Assembly: GCA_050273025.1 (NCBI GenBank)
Contig: CP158635.1
Coordinates: 24,986,001-25,050,000, forward strand
DNA from: Cenococcum geophilum
Taxonomy: Eukaryota
Direction of reading: 5' to 3'
DNA length: 64,000 nt
In this document: positions 40,590-51,409 of the stretch, piece after piece
Position numbering within the stretch: the first letter of the stretch is position 1
Layout of the letters: the number at the start of each line of letters is the position of its first letter
Program-made: the position numbers and the translations under genes
Notes under the pieces: generated by a model
What the model was told of the DNA's origin: nothing
What the model saw: only the letters and a program-made list of their open reading frames with translations
The model's database searches: none

Positions 40590-41142
40590 AGTCTATAGTT
40601 ATAGAAGGTTTGACTAAGTTATATTCCTAAAGTCTTTACGCATAGGCTAAGCATTTAATGCAATATATATGCTTACGCCTCGCACGTTTTAATCCTTCCC
40701 CATATTTATATACTTTCTTTAGACACCTATATACGCAGTAATAATGTTCCCCTTTTAAAGGAGTTAGTCTTAGTTTCGTTACTTTTGGAATTCGGTTTGG
40801 CTTTAACTTAAGTTCTCTTTACTTCTACTTGGTGCGGGCGGTAATTTTAAGCTATTAGCCGGAATTTAAGGCTATATATTGTCCTAATTAGCGCTGCTAA
40901 TAGGACCGGTTTTTTTAGTACCTAGTTAGTGTTTAACATAAGCGCTTAACTGTCTTCGCTTTTCCGCTTAACTAGCCTAGCTAGTAAGGGTTAAAGGGTA
41001 AATTGCTATATAGCTTATATAAATCTAGTAAAGTCTCAGCCGATAAAGTTTCGTTACTATAATATACTAAATATCTTAGGAATTTATTCTCTATAGAGGG
41101 CTAAATAAAGGAGGGGCTTAATATTGAAGTTCTTAAAGTTAT
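40590..41142 (-). pseudogene. Small unknown protein relic downstream of cassette copy C
   Basis: One frame from ATA (ATG) at 41142: ENKFLRYLVYYSNETLSAETLLDLYKLY...KGNIITAYIGV*ESI*IWGRIKTCEA. Confidence 0.45.
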
Positions 41143-41149
41143 ATAACAG

Positions 41150-41430
41150 CTAGCAAGGCGCAAATTGTAGCGTGTATTAATGGTTAACTTTATATACACG
41201 CATCCTGCGGGTAATAAGGACCGGTAAATACCTATCTTAAAGGCGTTAATACCCAATTAGAGGGTAAAGGGTGTTATAGATATATATATAGAGGCTGCTA
41301 ACCAGCAGAAGGGGAAGAAGAGGGATCCTATAGGGCAATTATCGCCTTGCTTCTAGCCATGCTCCAAACGCTAACGGAGTGTGGGACTACTATTGGTATT
41401 ATAGAAGTAGGAGATTAGTAAAGGATAAGG
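41150..41430 (-). promoter_or_regulatory. Shared upstream cassette, copy C
   Basis: accggtaaatacctatcttaaagg, tatatatatagagg and ctatagggcaa...ctagccat.ctc blocks as in copy A. Confidence 0.55.
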
Positions 41431-41599
41431 AGACGCCACTAATACATCTACCAAGCGGCAAAACGCTAAAAGGTTAAAGGAGAATGCCACATGCATAGCT
41501 GTTTGCCCATACTCTAGGCAGGAAGGAGAAAGTGAAATAGGAGAAATCGATATTTAAAACGAGAATTAATAATCCGGTAACCGAATAGCAGGTTTTTCC

Positions 41600-43637
41600 A
41601 GACATATAATATATACTACAAATATTTTATACGGAAAAACACCATCTTAAAGCCTAGAGCACGCAAACCCTTTTCTATATTGCTCTTTTCTAAATCGCTA
41701 GGAGGTCCCTTTAGCAACTTTAACTGTTTAACCTTTAATTTTACCGCGTTTACATCTTCTATAATTTGCTTCCTACCTTATATTAGTCCTACTCTTTCTA
41801 ACAGAGCATATAACTGCTTTTCAATACTACTAATGCAAAAACTTATTAAGACTTAAGCGTGCTCGGGGTTAGTAGGTAGATTATAGCGGAAACCGATTTA
41901 TTTTAAAACCTATAAAGCTTAAGATCTATTAGCAATTACCTAAATTTATAACCTACTTTAACAAATTCTAACTGTTCTTTTCCCTAATTGTTAGGAAAGA
42001 GTCCGACCGTTCTATTATAGCCAGTTTTGGACTTTTATAGAGCATATAATACTCTTTTATACTAGGTATGTTTAACAAGGATCGGTAGTATATAATATAA
42101 GAGGTCTAGGTTAGTTGGTGAATGTTCTAGTAGGCGGTAGATTAGGGGGCACTTTATTCTTACTCCTAAGGACTTAAACAGTCTTAAATAGTCTAACTCG
42201 GAAAGAAAAACGCGTTAATTGTGGTACTCCAAAAGCATAGCTACATAATTATAGATAGAAATGGGGGCAGCGATTAATAAAGATCGTTAGGAGGTATAGT
42301 GCGTAATATATTTTGGTCTTAGGCGCCTAGGCCTAGGTTAGAACCGCTAGACATTCTATACCACGTCTAAATTCTTTACTCTGCCGTTAATTCTTAAATT
42401 AAGAGCCGCCGAATATTATAGAGGGGCGAAGCGAGCTATATGTGCGAATGTAACTGTAGAGGATAAGATAAAGGTAAGGACACGTGGATTGCCTTAGAAA
42501 ATTTCCTAAAATAAATCATGTATATATACAAGCCATTTTTAGTAAGATTAGTAAAGGTCTGCCTAATAAACGTTAATGCCTAACTAATGCTTGTCTGCGG
42601 GTGACGGAGGTAGAGGGTTTATAGTTACTTCCTCTATTGGTTATTATAGAATTGGTTTGTTAGAGTAAGCAGTAGCTGTTATAGGTAGTAGGCTAAAACT
42701 TAAAGGGGATTTTGGCGGCAGAGAAATGCAAGATATCTAAGCAGATTTAGGAAATATTCTCGGCTGGTAGTGGATTCCGGGCACGCTTTATTCTAACTCC
42801 TAACGGCTCTTAGCTGTTAATAGGGTAGTATTTATATAGAAGCTTCTATTACGTTACTCTATGCGTAAGTCTATATAAAAATAAGAACATATGGCTGGAT
42901 ATCGGATTGGTGTAATAAGATCATATTACGTAAAACGAATTATTGGGGAGTAGTTAAGAATCCATTAGTGGTAGCAAAGACGCTGCTTCTATAGAAAGCT
43001 TAGTAATTAACTAGTATAGAAGTATTAAATTCTAAAGCCGCCTCTGCTTTTAGTTTAAGCTTAGCTTTGCTAGGAGTATTAAATTTTAAGGCCGCCGTTG
43101 CTTTTAGTTCCAAATATAAAACTCTAACTATATACTCCTAACCATTACCGCAATAAGCGCCCGTTAGCTGCCATTTACAGCAATACTCTTTAGACGAGAT
43201 AATACGACCATATAATTAAACTACGGTAATAGTATAGTAGTAACTTTTAACTACCTTATCCTAAACGTTAATTTGCATATCTAGATATACCTAAAATGTA
43301 GCCTTAGCCATTACTACAAAACATTAGTGGTATATAGTAAAAGTAAATATTAGTAAACTAACAGATAACTAGTTTAAAGTCTATTGTTAACGGCGTTATA
43401 CTAAAGTAGTTGTGCTAATAGGAGTAAGGAAACTACAGTTTGCTATTGATATCAGCTTAAGAAATACTAGTTAAAGGTAAAAACGTACAAACCGTTAAAA
43501 TTAGTACACAGTAAACGGTGCCTTTACTAAAATTGCGAGGTATGGGTTGTAATATAAAGGATTTGGCGGATATAGTATAGGGTCCTTAGCAGCCTTTTAT
43601 ATTATAGCACTGACTTAAGACTTAGCTTCTAACGCAT
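41600..43637 (-). pseudogene. Unknown multi-exon relic downstream of cassette copy D
   Basis: ATG at 43637 (minus), intron signals at 43300-43490, long RIP-stop frames; 54-bp internal duplication at ~43020-43110. Confidence 0.4.
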
Positions 43638-43640
43638 AAA

Positions 43641-44380
43641 GGATAGCGAAGGGTGCGCTAATTGCGGTATGCTTAGGCTTAGAAAGATTAACCTAACCTA
43701 TATATATGTACGCGGCAGGTAACGAAAACCGGTAAGTATCTATCTTAGAGTTGTTAAGGCTAGATCACGGATAGGAGGGTGCTACTAATATATATTTAAA
43801 AACTACAAGGCATAGAAAACTTATATAAATACCGCCTCGCCTCTAGCTATACTCTAAACACTTATAGAATGTAGGGCCACTGTTAGTATTACGCATAGTA
43901 AAGATTGATGAAGGTTAAGAATGATATTTAAGGCTTAAATTGGGATTGCCAGACGGTATAGGACGAGAAGACGCTATAAATACATTTATAAAAACCTATT
44001 CTGCGCTGCCTTTAAGTTCTTTACTTTGTCGCCGGTTTTGGTAAGTGTATACTACTTGATGACGGCATTCTCAGAGCAGGGCGTAAATTAGAAGGCACTA
44101 AATATAAGAGAGGAGTAAGCTATATATACGCCTGCGGAGGTTACTAAGCGCTAGTAGGTTTAAGGAGAATTCGCAAATATAACTATGGAGGGCGAGATAT
44201 TAGCATTCTGCTCTAAATAGAGGCGCTAGCCGTAGAGCTACTTACCTATAAGTATTACCTTTAGGGTTAAATAAGAATTAGTAGGCGGAATTAATGGCTG
44301 CATATATATTATTTAGAAGATGCCGTGCGCGACAAAGACCGGTCAAAGGTCACGTGCCGTATGCCGTTGGTAGGTCTTAT
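43641..44380 (-). promoter_or_regulatory. Shared upstream cassette, copy D
   Basis: Near-identical blocks to copy A, e.g. agtaaagattgat.aaggttaagaatgatatttaaggcttaaatt.ggatt.ccagacggtat; carries an extra segment at ~43985-44070. Confidence 0.55.
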
Positions 44381-44599
44381 TACTATTATATATAAAGTCT
44401 GGGCCACTAAATATTATAAAGGGCGAGAAGGGCGGTGTAAATGCATTTATATAGGATAAGATATTAGGCGTCTAATATATATAGTGGCCTGTACAGCGGC
44501 TATTATATATATTAATTATAGGATGCTATATATGGCGGAGATTGTTTAAAGATTATATAGTGTAATAGTTCCTATTAGAGCATATATAGGGTTCGGATT

Positions 44600-46330
44600 A
44601 GGCTACTAAGGGGTGTTATAAGTATACCTATAGAAAATAAAGGGTTAGCAGCCTATTGTAGGTAGAGAGACGCGGGTTATATAGTTACTTACCTTTACCG
44701 GGATATTTAAGGCATTAAAAATATTACTATTAAATTCACTTAACAAAAATATTAAAGACACGGCGTTAATAGCGACATTTACTTTAGTATTAGGGAGTTA
44801 AATAATTAAGGCTTGTTTTAGACACTAAGATTTTTAATATCTATGCGTGTTAGCAAATTAGCACGCTTAGCGTATAAAATGCAAATAGGCCGACAAAGCC
44901 TACCCCTCTAAACTGCCCCGCTACTTAGACAATTTTATATATAGCGAGCTTGTAAAATTGGACCTAGTAATATAAAAAATAAGTGAGCATAAAACCCTAA
45001 TAAAAGATTACCGGAATAGGATATATAGTATATCTGTAATTGATAAGTTATATATAGACCTTATATAATCTAGCCTAGAGGAGACAATATAGAAGATCTA
45101 GAGGACTACGCTAACTAAAACTACACCTACTATTGCCTTAACGGACACTACGGAAAGTAATAAAGCGCGTAAGCTTACGAAAATCGTATATTTAACGTAG
45201 TTTACTTTGGTATAGTAACTCTAGCGGTTAACGTAAACAAGGCATTTAAGTTAAAGATACTAGAAATACTACTAAAGTTAGGAGTCGGAGCAGTTGATAT
45301 AAACGCTTTGCGTATAGGCCTAACAGTCTATTTTATAGGACGACGCATTTCAATACAATATCTAAACGATTTAGTAGTATATATATTAGCTTTTGGCCCT
45401 TATAGGGACTCCCAGGTCCCGCTTAGTCATACTGTCGCGCATTTAGAGAGTAGGTGGGGCTATTGCTGGGCTGGTTTATAATAGGTAGAATGGAATAGGA
45501 GTAGAGGTAGCATTAATGTAATAATTACGGTGCCGATTATTGACCAAGCTTAAACTGCTGGTTCTGCTTAATAAGGGATATTATTAAATAATTATTGTAC
45601 CGCGTTGAAAACCAAAAACTAGGGTGTATAATAATATAAGAGTTTCAGAAGTTCACTAACACCCGTAAGCAGAACTTATAGCAACTGCACTATTAAGGGA
45701 CTTATTATATACCTATTGCGCGGCGCCATAGCTTATCCATTCGCTATCGCTAATCGCCAGTAGCGTATTACTATCAATTTGGTCTCTATACACCTATTAC
45801 GCCTTATTATAGCTTATCTATTCGCTGTTATTAATTTCTGGTAGCGTATTACCGTCGATTTGGTCTCCGTATACCCATTACACCTTATTATAGCTTATCT
45901 GCTCGCTGTTTCCAATTGCCAGTAGCGTATTACTATTAATTTGGTCTCCGTATACCCATTACACCTTATTATAGCTTATCTATTTACTGTTACCACTAAT
46001 GTTTACGGAACTAGAGCTGCTAGAGTTTCCATTTAAATACGCTGTGCTATTTATATTTAGGTATCTATATGTAAGGTTGCCGCGAGTATTAAAAGGGGTA
46101 GGGAAATCTTATAACAAGCGTTTTTAACCAAGGCGTAGTGTAAGGAATTCGCCCGCCGGCTTAGAGGCTTAAAGATATTATTTAATCAATCGCAGAGATA
46201 TTGCACTTCTCTCTAGCTGCTAACCCATAACCGCTACGAGTGTTTTCAACTACCCTGCATTCCAGCCTTCTAGCTGATTTGACCCGTAATCTTATTTATT
46301 GTCTGTTTTTTGGTTAAAGCTGCCTCCTAA
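44600..46330 (-). pseudogene. Unknown relic with 27-aa repeats and a hydrophobic C-terminal segment
   Basis: Repeats ISYNKV*WVYGDQIDGNTLPEINNSE*; segment VKAIVGVVLVSVVL*IFYIV near 45100. Confidence 0.4.
45728..45995 (-). repeat. 81-bp in-frame tandem repeat x3.3
   Basis: atagcttatc anchors at 45728, 45809, 45890, 45971. Confidence 0.9.
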
Positions 46331-47127
46331 TAAATGGCTTAACTAAAGTCTAGAGTAGATTCGTTTTCTACCCAGCTGAGGAGAGGGGAGGATTTGCTTG
46401 GCCGAGCTTAACTAGGCTAGACTAATATAGTTCTAAAGGTGATTGACTTGCTATTTCTGTTAGAATATAAAAAAAGAGATACCTATAAAGGGAGCGAACG
46501 CTAACTTGTTAAATATCCCACCTATATAAACCGACTTATACTAATTGAATTAGTTTGTTACCTCCTGTGCAAATATTAAAATTTCGGGATATTATCTATT
46601 CTGTAGCCATTAAATAAATAGGGGTACCTCGCTTATATTTATTAATTAGAAATCTCTTATAAAGTAGGATATAAGAGCCGATATCCTAGAGATCTTTAGA
46701 CTAGCTTAGATAATAAAATGCTTAATCCCGAATAAAAGACGCCGTCTAGCTGTAACCTCTTTAGAAAAGTTCTTTAATCTCTAGAACTCTTCCGTATATT
46801 TGTTTTTTATAAAAGCAGATAAATCCTTAATTAACGTCTAAAGTTTTAATCTGCCGTAAGTGGCTATTTTCTACTAATTAAAATTATTCGCTAAGTTTTA
46901 ATCAGCGAGGTAAGTTCGAAAACGTCTTCTAGGTAAATTACAGCCGTTAAATTTAACTATATTATTAGTCCTCCAATCTTTTGTCTTTCCCTCTTTATTA
47001 ATGAAAAATGTAAAAGCTACTCTATTTATAATATATGCGCAGATTTCTTTAAGGCTTAACTGCAATTTTAGGATTAATTTTCTATAACTGGTATTTTTAT
47101 TTAGTTCCTTAATAGCAATAGTAAGTA

Positions 47128-47510
47128 AGGGAGGTAAAGCAGGAGGGGAGGGTTAAGTAGGTTTATAGTTGGGGGTGGCTAAATAACTAGCCTTATTCCC
47201 TTACGTACTTTTATGTTCTAAAGGAGGTAAAGTAGGTAGGGAGGGTTAAGTAGGTTCGCAGTTAAAGGTAGCTAAATAACTAGCCTTATTCTTTTAGGTA
47301 CTTTTATGTCCTAAAAAAGGTAAAGTAGTTGGGGAAAGTTGCGTAGTTGGTTTGCAGTTAGAGGTAGCTAAATAATTAGCCTCTATCTCTTAGGTATCTT
47401 TATACTCTAAGGAAAGTAAAGTAGGCAGGGAAAGATGTTGGATATATTTATAGTTAAAAGTAGCTAGCGGGTTAGCCTCGTCCTCTTAAGTGCTTTTATT
47501 CTTAAAAGGT
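47128..47510 (-). repeat. ~93-96-bp tandem repeat x4
   Basis: ggtaaag.agg...gctaaataactagcct units start near 47128, 47221, 47314, 47410. Confidence 0.85.
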
Positions 47511-47735
47511 AATAAAGTAAGTTTTAAAGGCAATATATTAAGCCTTTTATAGGCTAAACGCAACTAAGGAAGACAACACTAGATTTCTAAAGGCGTGGTA
47601 TTGGAAAGAATATCTATAAATAGACCCAAAACGTAACCCAAGTCTAAAGACATAAATGAACTTATAATAATGGCTGGTGAGTTATTAAAATGGTCTAGTT
47701 AATATAAGGGGGTTAGGAATACGTTGGGTGATTAG

Positions 47736-47801
47736 TAAGACCCCTATTGCCAAGTTGCCAAGTTTTTTAAAAAACTTGGCGACTTGGCGATAGGGGTCTT
47801 A
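47736..47801. mobile_element. 66-bp near-perfect palindrome with TA at both ends; probable Tc1/mariner-type minimal MITE
   Basis: ta-agacccctattgccaagttgccaagtttttt|aaaaaacttggcgacttggcgataggggtct-ta. Confidence 0.65.
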
Positions 47802-49505
47802 GCGCTAAGTGCGCTAATCCTAGGTTAACGCGGTAACGTACTTATTAATCGATATTCCTTTTATATAAGCATTCCGGAATGTCTGCGATCTATAAGTATA
47901 TACTTTTCTAAGCCATCCCTATTAGTCGATTGATCTCTGCCACCTATGGTAGAGAGAACTAACCTTATTCTTTGCTATATCCTCTAATTAGAGTAAGATA
48001 TGCTGTGAGATTAAAGGGGCTAAACTATTAGCTGCGGATATGCCTTTTTAAACTGGGATTTTAACGCCTTAATAGGAATCGGCGAGCGGCTTTATAGATG
48101 CTGAGTTTAGATCTTAGTTTTATATTTATAGCATACTCCACTAGCGCTCCCTAAAAAAGAAAGAGGCGATTGCCTATCGCGATATCTCTTTGTTAGGGAA
48201 ACTAACTTTAGCTTTTAGGGAAGGGAAGTTCTTAATTAATCCTTAGATGTGTCTAAATCTTAAATAGTATAGTAAGGGGAGGACGGACGCTTGGTGATAT
48301 ATAGAGTAATTGTGCCCCAGCGGCTAGAGATGCACATTAACTATATAGTTGCCCCGTTACCTTAAGGCCTTACTAATTCTCTCTGCTTTGTATTCCCCCG
48401 CATTTATGCCCTACTACTTAAAGTGTTGGGCTAATTATTGTTTGCTCTGTTTTTGTGGCATTAGGCCTAAGGCTAATGTATAGTATACTTATTAATATAG
48501 ATTCTGTTCTTCCCCTTATTATTATTGTACTTATAGCCTATATGGTCGCGATCTTTAGTAGTACTTACACTATTTTTGTTACTAAAAGTCCTTTTATAAC
48601 CTATATTAAGCCTTGTCTAATTACTTGTAACGCAGTATATTTTATTATCCTTACTGTAGTATATGGATTATTATTAGGTATTAGGTAGTAGGATAGGTTA
48701 AACTAAGCCCTCTTAAAGGCCGCTTTGCTTCTTATAGCTACTTTAGAGGTAAGTGTAAAGCCTAAGTCCTTTGTGTGTAACTAATAGCTGTATAGATTTT
48801 TATAGCAGCTATTTTTCTTCCCTTAAGTGCAAAGAATATATCCCTTATAGGTATTCTAAGATAGGTATATCTGCTTGGGAGTTTAGTTATTATGGTGCTA
48901 GGGATATTTTTAACGATATTTTTTGCGATTATATATATGAAAATTCTAAATTAGGGCTCTGATACTGACTTTGCCGAAGTGGAACTGCTGCTATAAAAAC
49001 TAAGGCATATTGCGGAATACTGGCTATCCTTCTCCTTAGGAGCGTAATTATCCTTTCCTTCTGTATAGACTACTGCAAGTTTATATTTAGCTCGTAAGCT
49101 GTAATAATTAGAGACTAGGGTTGGCTGCAAGCTGGCTTATACGGATTTTTCGTTATCGCGATTGGTATAGTTATAGGTGTGTTATTAAAATTTTTGGAAT
49201 AAGGTTATAATATAGACTGGGTATATTTTTACAAACTACTTTTCTTTTAATTACTAAAATATATAGGTCCTTCTTTTAATAATATCCGTTTTAAATCTTT
49301 ATATTATACTATATAGTGGTATTAGACACCTTAAACTGTCCTCTCCCCTAGATCAATATACTGGTAAAGATGATATATCAACTGTTGATCTACGCTTAAT
49401 AACTACTTATAAATTATCTGTCGATATAGATATAAAATTGATATCTCCTCTTTTTTCTCCTCCTTCTCCTTTTCTTTTACTAGTTTATAAAACCACATTA
49501 CCGGA

Positions 49506-49684
49506 TAGGATCCAGTGATCTTTTTAGACTGGACTAAAGTTGGACTAAACTAGACTAGACTGCTAGCCTTAATAGGTAAGCGCTAGCCCTATTTTGGAAC
49601 GAGCTAAACTATAAGTAATTTGGACTGGAGTGGATTTGAGCTTAAATCCACTCTAGTCTAGTCTAAAAAGATTACTAGAATCTA
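49506..49684. mobile_element. 179-bp MITE-like element with ~30-bp TIRs and GGACT subrepeats
   Basis: taggatccagtgatctttttagactggact ... agtctagtctaaaaagattactagaatcta (mostly transition mismatches); internal hairpin gagtggattt..aaatccactc; no clean TSD seen. Confidence 0.7.
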
Positions 49685-50119
49685 CCGTTATCCGTACTCT
49701 TAGATTACGTAGGGAAATATTCCCCCTTATTATATTACTAGTTTATTATCTAGCGCTACTAAAGCCTAAGTAGAGCAACCTTAGGGGGATCTACTACTTG
49801 GGTTAGCCACTTACCGTAAGCTTCTTTAGCGTTTTTGTTTAGATAGCGAAGTTACAACTAATATTGCCTATAAAACAATTTGTATATTTAGCAAGGAAGA
49901 ATAAATATATTATTATGCAATTAATATTTATCTTATATTTTTTCTAGTGGGATCTTAATTTAACTTTTTTGTATTTTGGTTAGACCACCTCCGCTATGAT
50001 ATAAGAAATCTACAATTCTGTTCCTATAGTCGTTTGTTAAATTAAGTTAATAAATACAATATCTGTCTAACCTTTATTTTACTACCTAAACTAGTAAAGC
50101 TACCGCCTGTCTAAATTAG

Positions 50120-50760
50120 CAATGAAGCGCTACTAAATTAATTTACTGGAGTACCTGTTTGTGATAGTTCCGATAGTACCCTCATCCAGCTAATAAATTG
50201 CGCCTCCCCATACTTCCTCTAGTAGTCCTTTCCCTAACAGTCCGTCTTTTTAACTTTTTATATTCTACTCTTCTACTATCTTTATTAGGAATCTTAACAC
50301 TTCTTCTAGAGACTTTTTAGCGTCTAATTTAGAGCTAAATAAGGTTAACTTAATTCTTAAACTATGAAGTCTAGCTAAAGACCTTCCTCCTTATCCTAAG
50401 TCACTTTAATATAAGTAGGATAACGCCAACTTAATAATGGAGACAGCAGAATACCTCCCTCTTTATTCTTACGCTTTTTAAAGAATATTTCAATACTAAC
50501 CGCTACGAGAGGATTCCGATAGAGATCTATATCTTAAATATATTATAATACTTATAATAAAGGCTGTAAACTGGGCGGAGTAGCAACCTAAAGAGAATAA
50601 AGATTATCAATCTCGCAAGGAGTGGTTTAGAGATTTTGTGAATAACGTTGCAATAGAGGTTACTTAATAATGTCTAGTTAGGCTATATCTTAGTACGGTA
50701 TTAAATGATATTACTTGCGTAAGTATTTAATTATCTAGTTATTATTCATATATACTAAGT
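50120..50760 (+). pseudogene. Unknown relic interrupted by the 50803 repeat
   Basis: KAVNWAE*QPKENKDYQSRKEWFRDFVNNVAIEVT then a gtaagt intron. Confidence 0.3.
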
Positions 50761-51409
50761 CAATATTTTATCTTTAGGTTCTTAGGGTTAAGACGGATGG
50801 ATACATCCTTTAGGGAGACTGGTTAGAAAAACTAAAAACTTGGAAGTAGAGGTAAGATATAATGTCACTTATAGGTATATAACTTATTAGCAGTGGATAA
50901 TAGGAGATAGTTAACAATCTGCATCCTAACTAAATGTTAGAGACTTAAGTCTACGCTTTTTTGTAGTTATTATATAATTTTTTTAGTTCTATATATATAA
51001 GTTTATTAGCGCGCTAAATTTGTAAAATCTAGCAAATTTTTAAAGTATGCGGTTTCTGAGCGCAGTATAAATCCTTTATATAGTCTTGAAATCAATCTAG
51101 TAGAGGCTCTGAAAGCAGTCGTTATGCAATATATACACTATAGAAATCACCCTACTACGGACTTCGAGACAAACGGCTATAAACTGTGTATATTTACAGC
51201 TAGCTACCTTAATTTAGATAAATACGTTTGATTAAGGAGTTAACTGTAATATAGACTATAAACGCTAACTTGAATATAACATTCCTTCTTTTGTATCTAC
51301 CTTTTACCCAATACTATAGGTTATAGGCTAAGAAATGGTAAATACAAGCCTATTCCCCCCTATCGGTTTCCGTCGGGACCTTATCTAATAGATCTATAGG
51401 AGATCTTAA

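Larger units (their letters stand above)
46350..49200 (-). pseudogene. Unknown family copy 3 with internal ~93-96-bp repeats
   Basis: 48060-48410 homologous to copies 1 and 2; peptide GGIQSREN**GLKVTGQLYS*CASLAAGAQLLYISPSVRPPLTILFKI*THLRI. Confidence 0.5.

Noticed and set aside
34102..47510. Tandem arrays as CRISPR
   Set aside because: No unique spacers, units are codon multiples, and the context is eukaryotic.
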